Assembly: GCA_965140935.1 (NCBI GenBank)
Contig: CBCSLL010000017.1
Coordinates: forward strand, 225,104-285,799
Length of the DNA stretch: 60,696 bases
Direction: 5' to 3'
Source of the DNA: Rotaria magnacalcarata
Lineage: Eukaryota
Part shown: positions 1 to 13,300 of the stretch, piece after piece
How the letters are laid out: each line of letters begins with the position of its first letter
Position numbering within the stretch: the first letter of the stretch is position 1
Made by a program: the position numbers and the translations under genes
The notes under the pieces: model-generated
The model's input: the letters and a program-made list of their open reading frames with translations, nothing else
Told to the model about the DNA's origin: nothing
Databases searched by the model: none

Positions 1-536
1 GCTGTTTGTGCTCATTCATTTAGTAACTACGGAGATTATGTACGATCGAAATCTTCAGTAGATTTGCATGCTAACAACGAGGTTTAACAAACAGTATAAT
101 TATTCTTCGGTGATATTTCTTTATAATTCATTGACCTGTATTGTCTTTCACAAAAAGAAATATTTTTCTATTCATATAACCCATAAAAGAACACATTTCC
201 GATCATTAGTCAATATTAATCGAAGTTAATCATTTTTCTTTTCGTTTCTGTGCAGCTCACATTTGATTTTATTATATAAACTAATTATTATTTAAAATTA
301 AAGAAAACACATCATCTGACCAAAATCTCATTAACGAATAAAAAAGACTGTTTTTCATCTTTATTTTCAATTAGTTTGATTCGTTTATTAATTGAGTAAA
401 TAATAAAGGCCAGGAGCGTGCTATTTGAATAGTCACTGATTCTTTTCGAAAAGCATCTTCGATTGCTGATTGTACCAACGATTTCGCCAACGCTGATCGT
501 TCAGCAATGAGCTGTTTAATTTAATATTGATAGTAT

Positions 537-556
537 ACATATATATATATATATAT
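537..556. repeat. (TA)10 microsatellite; a second (TA)10 lies at 21433-21452
   Basis: atatatatatatatatatat read directly at both sites. Confidence 0.9.
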
Positions 557-959
557 TTGCATTTGAAAGTCTTTTGTTTTTCAACTTACGGGGTTTATTT
601 TTGTTTCAATAAGTAATGGATTTATTGTGTCTTGTATTGGTTTGATTACAGGTTTTTGTTGTGCTATTGATGTTGTTCGATTAAATATAGGTGGCGGATT
701 TGTTCTAAAGAAAAAAAGATTTTGCTCAACAAAAATTTTCTTAAATATAATATTACTTGACAGAATCACCATCTGTATCACTACGTTCACTCATAGAATC
801 TTGTTGATTCGCAATGGTGTCAAGAAGACGTCGTTCTCGATTTATATTTATTGATTCAGTAGAATTAGTAGCGCCATTCATATTGTTATTACTGTAATTA
901 TTGGTATTACTGTTGTTAGTATTATGTTGCATTCGTATTACTCGGTGAATCCGTTGATC

Positions 960-2113
960 CTATGAAGAAAATATTCTTGTTTTGCTTTCATCGTCGAAAT
1001 CAAATTCTTTTACTATATTCATCGGTTGACGAACATCTTGTTTATTAGTAGCGGATAATGATTGAGATAAAATAATCTGTTCATATGCTGCTGTAAATGC
1101 TAATGGATTACCTATAAAAATAAATATACTGATAAATAGCTGAATAAATGAAGATCATTAGAGTTTTTTTGTCTTTACCCTCAAGAGATAAACATTCAAG
1201 TGTAGTAAGTTTTGATATGCAACGAATATCATCAAATCTACGAATTTTATTAAAACTTAAAAATAATCTCTGAATAGGTAAATTCTCCAAATCGCACTAA
1301 TTTAAAAAAAGAAAAAGAATAAATTGATTTTGAAGTAAAACGAAAATCATTACCACAGTCGTAATCAGATTTCCTTGTAGGTTAAGTTCGACAAGATTTT
1401 TTAAGCTTTTTAAATTTTCACATTTTTCTATTCGATTGTGTGATAAATTGAGGACACGTAAACGTGTTAGATTTTTAAAATTTTCAATGCGAGAAATCTA
1501 TGTTCATATAAAGAAAAACATTATCAAACGAAGTACTGTTTCAACAGAAACTTGCTTGATTTCCATTTAAATCAAGTACATCAAGTTGTTCAAGTGCGTC
1601 GAGGTTCTTTATTTGCTTTATTCTTCATGAATGATGAAATGTAAATAGTTGATATTTCTTCTTTTTTTTTATGTTTCGTTTTTAAGAATCTTACTTATTA
1701 TTTGCTAGTCGAAGAATTCTCAATGAAGATAAATTATCCAGACCTTGAATACAATCGATTTCATTTTCACATAAATCAAGTACAACAAGACTCGTTAAAT
1801 GATCAAGATTAGCTATTTTAACAATACAATTTTTTTGTAAATTAAGCAATTTTATTTGTTCATCAACTTGTAAATAAGGACACGCTAAAAGTTGTTGCCT
1901 ATCAAAAAGTAAAAAAAAAAAGATAAATTGTAGAATTACTGTTTGTTGTCTTCTTCTATTTTAGTAAATAATAAAATAATAAACAAACCGTTTTAATACA
2001 ACTTTGCCTGTTGATTGCTGAGCTTGTATAGCATTAGCATCTTCTCGAGCCGTCAAACCCGGATTAACGCCCTGAATACCAAATACAGTATCGTTTAGAG
2101 AGCGTTTGTTCAT
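960..2113 (-). CDS. LRRC49-like leucine-rich repeat protein (SDS22-type LRRs + LRRcap), multi-exon; span given, 3' end uncertain
   Basis: ATG at 2113 (MNKRSLNDTVFGIQGVNPGLTAREDANAIQAQQSTGKVVLK), then spliced exons encoding consecutive 22-aa LRRs (LLNLQKNCIVKIANLDHLTSLVVLDLCENEIDCIQGLDNLSSLRILRLANNKIKQIKNLDALEQLDVLDLNGNQISRIENFKNLTRLRVLNLSHNRIEK...). The LRRcap-like exon (ORF 1108..1290: PIQRLFLSFNKIRRFDDIRCISKLTTLECLSLEG + NPL) aligns with the human LRRC49 C-terminal region as I remember it (LQRLFLSFNNITSFESVSCLAESTSLSDITFDGNPIAQ). One intron appears to use a GCAAGT donor. Stop tentatively placed at 960-962. Confidence 0.6.
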
Positions 2114-2367
2114 CTGTAAAAAAAAACAATCGAAGAAAAAAATTCTATTAGACTTCGTAAACTCATAAACAGCGTCTCTCTTCGAGTTGTCATGACTCTT
2201 TCCTCCTTTTTCTTCTTCTCACGTTCTCTTTTTCTATATTCAAAAGCAAATAGAAAAATATGCATTATTTATGTTACTGTCAGTCAACAATAAGAAATAT
2301 GGAATTATTTTCACAACAATCGACATTCACGCCAAAGAAGAAAAAAAAAGAAAAACAACAAAATTGA

Positions 2368-5300
2368 CTATGACAAACGAGAATCTATGTCGATTTGAAT
2401 TTCCACAATAACTGGATAATCACGCATTGATAAAAGAAATCCATCAGTTGTTGTTGATGGGCTGATACCTTGAATGAAACCAAGACCAAATTGAAATTCT
2501 TGAAAACTCTGCTAAAAGTTAATATAAATAATTTAGTGGAAAACTATTAATGATTAAAATGATCTTTTGTTCAGCTTACGTCCGAACGATTTCGAAATAA
2601 ACGAAGTTGCCCATCTTTACCACAGGATAGAACCAAATTTGGAGTAAGAGTAATTACGGATGTATGTATATCAACATTAGATTTTTCTATAAAATGCAAA
2701 TTAGTGATCGAAAATAAAATTAGAAATTTGTCCAATAGGATTTCAGTTTTCTAGATAACTGACATGATTCATAAATTAGAAAACATTTCTTTAATAAACT
2801 AACGTCGAACGCATAAATAATGAGAAAATTTACTAATTTTAATATCCGTATTTAAAATATTCATAGAAGCGTGTATGTTTTCATGTGTCACGCACTGTTT
2901 CATAGTTACAGAAATTTTACGCAACTAACTTAGGCTAATATTTTCGTAATAGAAACTTAATGGTAGAATTCTTTCTAGAAAAATCTTCAATTATGAAGTT
3001 AATCTGTTGTCTTATGAATAAAGATTTAACAGAACTCAATGTTTCTATCAAACATACCTATTAAGTTACACATAATTGGATGTGAAACATGATACCATTT
3101 AATGCTGTTCATATTTATTCCTATCATAAGTTCAAAAGATGGTATTGACCCTAAAAATATTCTTTTGAAATTTGATTTTATTAAATAACTAATCATTACT
3201 TACAAATACTATAATCATTATCGATATAGACAACAAGAAGATACTTTGAATCTATTGACCACATAACATCACTTACAGGTGGATTATTATTCTGAACAAA
3301 AATTATTTTTTTGCTTTTTTACAAAGAATAAATATATTTTCTTTTCAATATATTACATGAAGTATTCCATCGGTGCGAAGATAAAAATCTCCATTACCTA
3401 TAACTTCAAATATATACACTTGCCCATTGTGTAATCCAACAGATAATTCTGAGCCGTCTATTATTTAGAATAAGAAACAAATTTTGTATTTTTAAATAAT
3501 TTAAAAATAATAACAAACCAGGCGAAAATCGAACTGATTTAACGCTTGTATTAATTTTTAATGTTATTGTTGTTATATAATATGATGATAAAGTATCATA
3601 GATCAGTAATTTACTTGTTTCAGTTCCAAGAACAATTATGTTTCGTTCAGGATGTAAATCAGCACATGATATAGGTTGCTAAAAAAACAAAATACAAAAG
3701 AAAATAATTGTACATTCATATTTAGGATAGATAATTATTATTTACTGTTGTTTTCGTTCCCCATTCGACAATTTTTGTGCTATTATTCCATTTAAATAAA
3801 TGTCGATCAGAACTCATAGAAAAAAAATGATGACTATTTCTATGACAACATACACGAATCAATGAACTTGTATGTCCCTAAATGGAACCATTATTATTTC
3901 TTTTCTAAATTAAATTAATCTTAAAAACATACTCGCATAATGATATCAAACTGTTCTTTGCCAACTTCTTTGGATATTATGTAATTTGCTTTTGTTCCGA
4001 TCGCTAAAGCAACAGAAACTGAACCTTGTCGAATACAACAGATCGATTGAATGGAACCAACTGTTTCACTCAACTATTGAAAATTAGACAAAATAAAATT
4101 GAATTATGATTTTTAAAAATTAATAGCTTCTCCTACTCGTATGTGTTCAATTGTATTTGAATGTAAATTCCAAATTTTTATTTGATTTTGTCCATTGGCA
4201 AGAAGAAATTCGTCTGAATTTATTGGTACAATGGTTTCAACATCGTTCTAATATTAAAAAATTAGAAGGGTCTAATTGCATAAAATAAAAATCTTCTCAT
4301 TACTTCTAAAATACATTCTTGAACGACAAGTAATTTTGGTTCATTATCAACTAAATGCCATACATGAATGCTACCAACGTTATCACCAACTAGTAATCGT
4401 TCACCAAGCATATCACAGGCTGCTGCTCCAGTATAAATATTCTAAAATTTCCAATAAATTATTTCTCTAGTCAAACTCAAGTAAAATATTTCTTACTTGA
4501 ACTTCTGATTCTCGTCGTTCTATCATATGTAATGGCCGTAAACTCCAATCTACATGATAGAAAAGTAAATTTCGTTGGCTGATACATGCTATCCATTCAG
4601 TTGTATTGAATACAAATAGTACTGATAGAATGTTATCAGTTTTACACTAGAAAATAAACAATAATATTTTCATTTCGATAATACAATAAATGCGGAAACA
4701 TCGGATTTGCATCCGATCGTTATGTGTACTTCAGAAACTGAGTCGATTTATATATGTTGTAAATAATTCTGAGAAAAAAAGTTTGTTTTTGAAAAAATCC
4801 CTGTACCGCCCCCCCCCCTCCCCCGCCCTCAGGGATCGTCTGGTCAACAATGACAATCTCTTTCGATAACTGAGCTATTTCTTGACGGATCCCTCTGATC
4901 TTCGAATTCAACTGAGATATTTATGAGATCATTCTGTGTACAAAATTTCATGACAACTGGATGAGGCTTTCAAAAGTTATCGTGTTAACGGACGGACACA
5001 CTGATCGAGCCTAGAGTGTACTCACTTTTTGACTACACAAAAGATTCAAGAATTTTCTATTTAACTCAATAAATAAAAATAATAATAGATAAACTAACTG
5101 GTTAAATGTGTCCCACGAAAAGCGGTATGATAGACTTCATCGGTGAAATAATTCCGATCCTACAGCTACAACGATGTCTTTTATGGTTATATAGAATTTT
5201 TATGATGGTTTTTATTCTCTAAATAAAGAAGATAATTCCGGTATGGAGGAATAAATTCGAAATTAAAAAGGTTAAATCATTCATCTATTTTTTCGTTCAC

Positions 5301-6877
5301 GTAAATTTTTCTATGATCGTTTTAAACATCTTACAACGTTGAAGAAATGAAGACGACACTATTTATTACGTTTCGAACTGCTCAAGATGAATTGATATTA
5401 AGAAAATAAATAATGGATTGAAGCTGAATGACACTCACTGTAATACTATAGATTAATTCATTTCGTTTCCAATCAACAAATAAGACAATTTTAGGTCTAT
5501 CACGTGAAATAATAAGAATTAAATTATCATTTGTCTTCGGTGCAAATGATAATAATGTTATATAAGAACCAAATTGTTCTTTACGTATTTCAGTTATTGT
5601 TCGAAGTTTTACATGATCCCAAATATGTATTAAAGCTCGTGAATTAGATTTCGATGAAGGCATTTCACTTGATGCAACTAACGATTGATATTGATGAACA
5701 TGAACACTAATGAAGTTTATCAAAAATTGAAATAGCCATTTTGTTTTTATGAAAATTATTCTTACCTAGTGATTGAATTATTATGTTTGGTATAGAAACG
5801 TTGTTGTTTTAATTTTGATTCATATAAAATACATATTGAACCAATAACATAAAGTATTTCATTTTCTGGAAGAGTATAAAGTTTTTTCGTTAAATCATTG
5901 TCACCATTATAACCATGACTAAATTCAAATTGAAACAAAATAGGGTTCAACTTTTCTAATCTTGAATATTTTATACTTACATCCAAGTTAATGATAATTT
6001 TGCATTTTCAATCACTATAAACAAAAACAAAAAAGCGTTGAAGTTTTAAAAACAAAAAAGCGTTGAAGTTTTAAAAACAAAACATTTTTCTTTCGAACCA
6101 CATACGTCTTTTTGAAGGTCGTCTGTGATATGTTTTAACTATTGCTCGCCGTGGTTGTAGACGTTCCGTAAATAATTCTCTAGGTGTCATTTTTCCTAAA
6201 TAATGTTTTGCATGTACATATTCGTCTTCTGTACATGCAATAAATGTATCAGTCTTTTTTACTGCATTGAATAATTTTGAAAAACTTGAAACATCAGTAA
6301 AAGCATCTTGTGTGACGCCAAATAAATGTGTTATATTTTCATAATTTGTATAATGAGATAGTAAATCTGTTATTTGTACTTGTAGCCATTCTTCAAATGT
6401 TTGTGTTATATTTCGATTAAGAATCATACTTGAATACATATTTAATTTTGAGTAGGGTATCACAAAAATCTGATCATTACTAGACGGTGGCGAATGCCAA
6501 CGTGCATGAACAGGTGCTCGCGTATTCCAATAGGGCATTGCCTCTTTTTGATCATTTGTATGTAACTTTAAATCGGATTCATCAGCAAATGAATTATTGC
6601 TATAGCGGTATTGTGTGGGAATAAATAATCCGGATGCAACAATATAGGATTGACGATTAGAAAATTGATTAATTGAACGAATTTCTTTACCAGTGAATGT
6701 ATAAATATGTTTGATGCCACCAGTTGATAAACGTAGTTTTGGTTGACGATCAAGATAATTAAGAAATGCCTCCCAAGATTTAAGTTCGAATTCATTAACA
6801 GCCAATTTAACACCATGATGATATTCATCGCCATTACGAAAAAATCGAACTAAAGCACCTTGAACTGATTGGTTCAT
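2368..6877 (-). CDS. Doublecortin-domain + EMAP-like (EML) WD40 protein, probably one DCX-EMAP-type gene; multi-exon span
   Basis: ORF 6071..6877 starts with ATG and encodes a doublecortin domain (ALVRFFRNGDEYHHGVKLAV...GGIKHIYTFTGKEIRSINQFSNRQSYIVASG). Exons at 5762..5986 and 5382..5723 match the start of the EML WD40 region (LEKLNPILFQFEFSHGYNGDNDLTKKLYTLPENEILYVIGSICILYESKLKQQRFYTKHNN vs human EML1 PEKLKLEWAYGYRGKDCRANVYLLPTGEIVYFIASVVVLFNYEERTQRHY). Further WD exons lie near 4320-4440 (IYTGAAACDMLGERLLVGDNVGSIHVWHLVDNEPKLLVV), 3545-3680, 3365-3470 and 2590-2690. The C-terminal exon ends at stop 2368-2370. Same strand and adjacency argue for a single DCX-EMAP gene, but the DCX-to-HELP splice junction was not resolved. 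Confidence 0.7.
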
Positions 6878-7285
6878 TGATGGTATAGGACCATACAGTC
6901 GAGCTAACGTTAAAAATAGATGAAATCGAATAAATTAATCTAACTTCAACGGCAATGTACAAAATGATGCTGTTGCCTCATATGCATATAATCAGATGTT
7001 ATAAAATAGCTCGTAAAATTTTTTTTAATAAAAAAATTTCATAGATTCCATTTTATTTGTTAGACTGATTATTATTCATAAGACCTGTGATTAAATATAT
7101 TCTCGACCTTCGTAAAGTATACAATAAGAAATTAAATTTAAAAGGAGTTACTCAAGAGGTTTGTTAATAGTCTTTTTACCAGCAAGAACTTATTAGATCG
7201 AATTAGACTTTATAATTAATTCTGTAGAGTGAAAACTTTTATATTTATACTTTGATTCTTTTATGTTTTTTTCAACTAGACAACT

Positions 7286-8095
7286 TCATTTTTGATATTT
7301 ACGTGTATTTAATGATGAATTATATTTAAGCGACGACGACTTTCCATTTGATGTAACCAATGATGTTGATGATGACATTTTATTTGTATATTTTAATATC
7401 GGTATTAGCTTTGATTGATTTAGGTGTGTATGGATAACACTTCTTATTTCATTTTGTGACTCTTGTTGTTCTATTTCTTGTTCATTATTGAGATTCAATG
7501 GTGAGAAAAGGTCATTTGAATTAGTTCGTTTTACAGTGCCATTTGATGGATGCTTTTGTGTAAATGTCGTCTTTTGTTGATGATCATGACTTTTATTGTT
7601 TGGATAATTATCATTTCTACTAAGAATACTATTGGTTTTATCATTATTATTATTATTATTATTATTGTCAATATTCGACATTTCTCTGGGGCTCGTGTGT
7701 TGAGTATTATGATTTGTAACGGTTGATTTTAATTTATTTGTTGGTGGACTTGATTCTGTACTAGATTGTATTACATCGTCATCATCATTATAATCTTCTT
7801 CAGTGGGAGCTGTTAAGGTTTTTGTTTGTTTTTCTAGAAAATTCAATTAGAAAAGTATGATGAAGGGAATATAACTTGTTTTCGTTTTGATTTTTTCCCC
7901 CACATACTTTCACTGGCATATAGTGTTGTGGATTCTTTTAATAGAGAAAACGAACTAACACCTAATGATGTATTTGTTCGTCTAAATGCAAGATTTGTTG
8001 CTTGCCGATTTAATGATGGAACACGAGCAGCACTGGGTGAAGGATAATCATTGGCGTTGTGATTGTGAACTTCGTTTTCACCATCCTATAAGAAT
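7286..8095 (-). CDS. Asn/Ser/Thr-rich low-complexity coding exons; either 5' exons of the DCX-EMAP gene or a separate low-complexity gene
   Basis: Long minus-strand reading frame 7286..7846 (opens with a TTG, not ATG) with poly-Asn and acidic runs. A further open frame at about 7900-8095 is preceded by an acceptor-like ttcttatag. No recognisable domain. Confidence 0.25.
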
Positions 8096-8958
8096 GATTT
8101 CATAAATAAATTTCATCGGTGCTTGTTATGTATCTTAGAAACCAAGTCAACTAACGATGTGGATTGTTCAAATTACTTTTTTTTTGTACTGTGTATATAT
8201 TTACATTAACTCTTTAGTGTTTTTTTCCGCTGCTTGATTTTTAGCAGTCTAACCGGAAAAGAAAAATTAGAAACGACTTGAACAAGCAATTTTCAAATAT
8301 TCACAGAAGCGTATAAAAAAAACTATATCGATGTAAAAGAAATAATATAGAAAATATTAATTTTAATTTTAATTTTTGCGATTGCTCTACCTGAAGTTTT
8401 CTTTATTTGATTTTCTCCTAGAATTTCTTTTCCTAAACTTGAGTCATCATACTTGATCAAAATCGACATAGCTAATAACGTTAGTGAAACGTGTTGGAAC
8501 ATTAGTATGGTATGACATAGTACTATTTGAATTTGGTAACATAATTTGTAATACGCAAAAAAAAAGATTTTGTACGACAGATGAATTCGAGTAGTATTGA
8601 AAATCTTTTCTTTTTTGTGATGACGTATATTCTGCTTAATAATTCAATTTTTCTTTTTCATTACTTTCTTGTATATTCCAAGGTTTCTATTCATCTTGAA
8701 GCCGAAAGAATGTAGTTGTAATATGTAACTCTGTTGTATTTTCTTTTTCTTTTATTCAATCAAAAAATTTCTTTTGTTTCAATACATAGTATGTACGTTG
8801 TTAGAGATCTGGGGGAGAATTTAGAACCATTCTATTTATCTTTAAATCTATGATGTCAGTTTAACCTCGGAGATTCTTGAGTATGTTTGTTCTATTTAGA
8901 GCTTTGAGCTCAACTCAGGCTACAAAATGACTAAGGGATCATTTTTTTTGTATTAGAA

Positions 8959-9387
8959 CTTGTCCGGCTAACTCAGCTACCGGAGAATGAGTGCGTTACT
9001 ATTTTTATACATTTTGTTTTTCTCATTACTTTTGAACAGTTTACCAGAGAAACACGGGCGACATCTGGTTTTGTTCGCTAAAATGTGCTCTACATAGTAT
9101 ACTGTTCATTTTTGCTGTCTAAAATGTTCTTTCACCTGTCTTCCGAAAAGTACAACAGAAAAAAAAGTAGTTTAAACATATTAAGTAAAGTTTGTATTTT
9201 CCGTAAGGCAGGTGAAAGAATATTTCAGACAAGAAAAGTGAAAAGTACACTTTGTAGAACACACTTTAGTGAACAAAATAAGATGTTGCCCGTGTTTCTC
9301 TGGTAAACTGTTCACAAGTAATGAGAAAAGCAAAATGCATAACAATAGTAACGCACTCATTCTCCGGTAGCTGAGTTAGTCGGACAA
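8959..9387. mobile_element. Long palindromic (foldback / hairpin-type) element, about 430 bp
   Basis: 8961-9060 is the reverse complement of 9295-9387 (cttgtccggctaactcagctaccggagaatgagtgcgttac ... gtaacgcactcattctccggtagctgagttagtcggacaag; one mismatch seen). The inner part is also an imperfect inverted repeat. A direct repeat flanks it (cctcggagattcttgagta at about 8867, gtcggagttcttcaagta at about 9405). Confidence 0.6.
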
Positions 9388-10355
9388 GCTCAGTATTGAA
9401 GTCAATGTCGGAGTTCTTCAAGTAAAAATATCCAATGTTTATATTCTTCTATGCTAAACAAACCTTATTTGTAGAATGTCATGTGATAGACAAAAATACA
9501 CGACTGTATAGATTCAGCAATAATTTTTAAAACAAACAAAAACACGAAAGGAGCGCAATATTCTCATTAATAAATAACAAAAAAGAAGAAGTATGTACAC
9601 TAGCCAAAAGCGAATTTCGAGGGTGGAACTGAAAAAATGAACAATTGCGGCTACATATAACTTTAATTTGTAATTATAATAAACTAATCTTCTTTGATGT
9701 TGTATTTTTAAAAGGTGCTTGTTAGTATTGTGAAAAATTGTCATGGAGACTTGATGAGTGCAAAATTTCAAGAACTTGTTCGATATGTAAATATAGAGAA
9801 AATAAAAACTCTTGAAATCCTGCATATTGAATTCAAAACTGATATTATTTTCCTTATGCGATTTGTCAATAAAAAGTATTCGTAATTAGTCGATCGGTGA
9901 TTTCAAAAATAAAATCAAGTCAAACGTTCATATTATCTGTTTTATTAAAATCTATCGAGTCTTCTATATGATCGTATTACATACAGCAAAGTGTCTCGTA
10001 CGGAATATGCTTTTTTAACTTATTAATCAACTGTATATGAAGTTATTTGAAAAATCAAATATTACACTGCTTCTGATGCAGTTCTTCATCGATTGACACT
10101 TTGTGTATCTATAAGAAAATTTTATATGAAATTGGAAATTTGCTTTTTCACCTCCTTCAAGAGCATTTTTTGGTAAAACAAATACTATCGTTCATGAATT
10201 AGTTTCAAATTGAACTCTCATTTGTGAACAATTAGATTTGAATTTATCGATCCAGTGATCAACTATTTGTTCTCGAGCTTTTTAATCGTCTTAAAAGAAT
10301 AGATATTTCTATGAAAAACAAACGTATAGATTAAGTTTTTAAAAGAAAAACCATT

Positions 10356-13300
10356 TCAATTATTTTTAACGTCAAGACCGAATGATTCAGCCATGTCTAC
10401 TGAATTGTCAGTTATCCACCAAAAATTCATATTGGTACGTTCAAGTGCCCAAAAGCGTGCATCAACATTTGCGTCGACACCTGGTGTTAATGCGAGAAAA
10501 TCATTTAACTAAATAAAATAATAACGCATATTGAAGAACAAACAATTACAAATGTTTCATCGATCTTAGTTACTTCAGTATAATGAAATTCATCTTCAAA
10601 TGTTGCTGCTATCTCAATCAATAATTGCCCTAGTCGTTGATTGGTGCGTTCGTAACTATCATAGCAAAACAACAAATATCTAATATTATAGATAGAAACC
10701 GAAAACATACGTTATTTGAAGTTCATTCCACTTGTTTCGATAATAATACCAGGCTAATTCACGACCTGCGACAAAAGAAAAATTTCAGAAAGACAATATT
10801 TTTATTTATTAGTTTTACTAACCGACAGGATTCTTTGCAAGTAATATTAACACTTCTAACAAATCCATATTCAGATCACGATTGTAGTCTGCATCTTCAT
10901 ATAAAAATCTAATAAACAAAACAAAACAAAAACCAATGCTAATTTTGTGAAATAGTTTTTTTCTTACTGATACAGATGCCATGGTTGACGTGATTGTAGC
11001 AATCCTTTGAGTAAACGATAGCGTTCTTGTACATCAACAGTCATATAAAAACTAACTTCAATGCTTATCCATTCACTATCATTATATGTATTTTGAAAAT
11101 TCGTTTGATATACTACATCACGCGCATGAACAACAATTCTGCAACGAAAAATAAGAACTAATTAGTTGTTTTTTTAAGAATTAAATAACAATACAGATAC
11201 TAACGAATGATTTACGAGTCCATTAGCTAAATCTGGATATCCTTCATCCCATAATGTCGTAGCTTTATCAATGCATTCATGTAATCGTGTTCGACACGCC
11301 AATTGAATAATTATAGTTTTTAGAATACTGAAATAAGAAATCGTATTTGTTTTAAAAATATATAACTACCAAAAAAGAAAAAGATTGTAATTACTGATCA
11401 GAAAATGTTCCTTGATCGTTCCATAACGATACTTCATTGTTTCTATAATAATTGCGAACAACAAGTTGAAAATATTTCTATTTGAAAATTAAAAACAAAA
11501 CATTTTTTTCTTCTTGATTCATTTTAGAAATATTAAATTTTACTTGAACGGCACCAAATAAAGATTCATATTCAAGTACGTCGAGCATACGATTTGCATG
11601 ATACGATAAAACTTGCCATGGAAGTAAACCTGAATAGGCACTACGAAAGAAGAATTGAGTAACCGATCGAACAACTCTATAACTTTCTTCAGTAGTTTGA
11701 GCACTTAAAAATGCATTGTTTATTAAATTAGCTCGATCCTTGTCGGTTATTTGTGTATTATTATTATCTAATGCTTCAGCTAATTCTTCCCAATTTTCAG
11801 ATGTATAGTCCATAATATAATACCCGGCGAAATCCGTGTTACAATAGAAATAATTATAATAAACATTACCGAAATCTACATTCATAGTGACGCGATCAAG
11901 ATAAAATGTTCGATTGTATGAAAATGTTGTTGAATCATTACTAAATCGACATGTTATAGGAACATACCAAACGTAACCAAATGGAGTTGTCTCCGGTGGA
12001 TATAGGTCATATTCATACAAGTGTTCGCTTAAATGTCGATTTTGTATCAATTGAAACGTATAATTACCAGTGGAGGCATTTCCAACAAAATGAGCGAATA
12101 TTTGTGGAAAGTTTGGTTGTAATAACCAACGATCGAAAAACTCGTGACCATTCCATGGACCAATTTGAAATGTAGAAGTTATTTCGTCTGGTATAAGAAA
12201 TCCATATTCATTATCGCGAAGAAAAGACTAAAAAAATGAAGCAAACAATTATCAACTTATCACCTATCGAGAATGAAAATATTTGAATTGATTTCACAAA
12301 ACGAAGATATTTCAAGAAAATTATTTTGTTTTCGGGACTTAGACAATCCGATTGGATAAAATGTTAAGGTTGAACTTCAATTCACATTTACCACAATATG
12401 AGCTAACGTATTATCTTTGATACCCGTTGTTTGTTCCATATAGTAATCAGCCATTTTAAAAATTGCTGCCGTTTTTGTTACTTCAATATTATCAAATAAT
12501 CCATCAATATCTGTTCGACTATTAACTGATTTCTGTATTGGATGTGATACACTCAAAGAATCATCGAACATAGTTTTGAGAAGTTCTCCCGTGTAAAATT
12601 GATCTTTCTAAATAGAGAATGAAAATATTCAATTGTAGTTTTGCATTTGAAACATACGATATTCCATTGTGGAAAAGCAGCATCAATTGCCTGATATTTC
12701 AAATAATTCGCAAGTGCCTCTTGTAGCCATAGATCTGTCCACCATCGAAATGAAATGAAATTTCCACACCACTTTAGAAAAACAAAAATGAAGATCACGA
12801 AATTCAAAGATACTAAAAGTAAATCAAACCTGTTCAGCCAATTGCTTGGCAAGTATTAAAGCAATTTCTTGGTGTTCACTTGCTGATATTGTTTTTGGAT
12901 TGTGAAGAATAGAAAGTTCATGAATAATAATGAAACCCCAATGTGACACTGCATCAGATGGATATTCAGGTACGGCGAGAACATCTAGATCAAATCGAAA
13001 TTTGAACTTAGACACTTAAGTATGAGGAAAAAAAAACCAATCTGTAGTACTTATTTGTGTTGGCACAACAGTCGTTTTAATTTCTTCAAAGATATTTAAC
13101 AGAGCAGTAAAGATTTCACGAAGCATCTCTAAGGGTCCATCAATATAGACTCCATTATCATTGGTAAAAAATTGTTTGCGTGCCCATAGATTAATCTATT
13201 GTTCAACAAAGCAAAACAGAAGAGATTTACTAGACAAAAAATTTGGTTTATGATGCATACACTAATCTGTCTGCCAGTGTCTGGATACGTTGTGATTACT

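Noticed and set aside
7844-7846. ORF 7286..7846 taken as a complete gene starting with Met
   Set aside because: The apparent start is a TTG immediately preceded by an in-frame TAA. The track evidently allows non-ATG starts, so the region is at best an internal exon. Kept only as a low-confidence feature.
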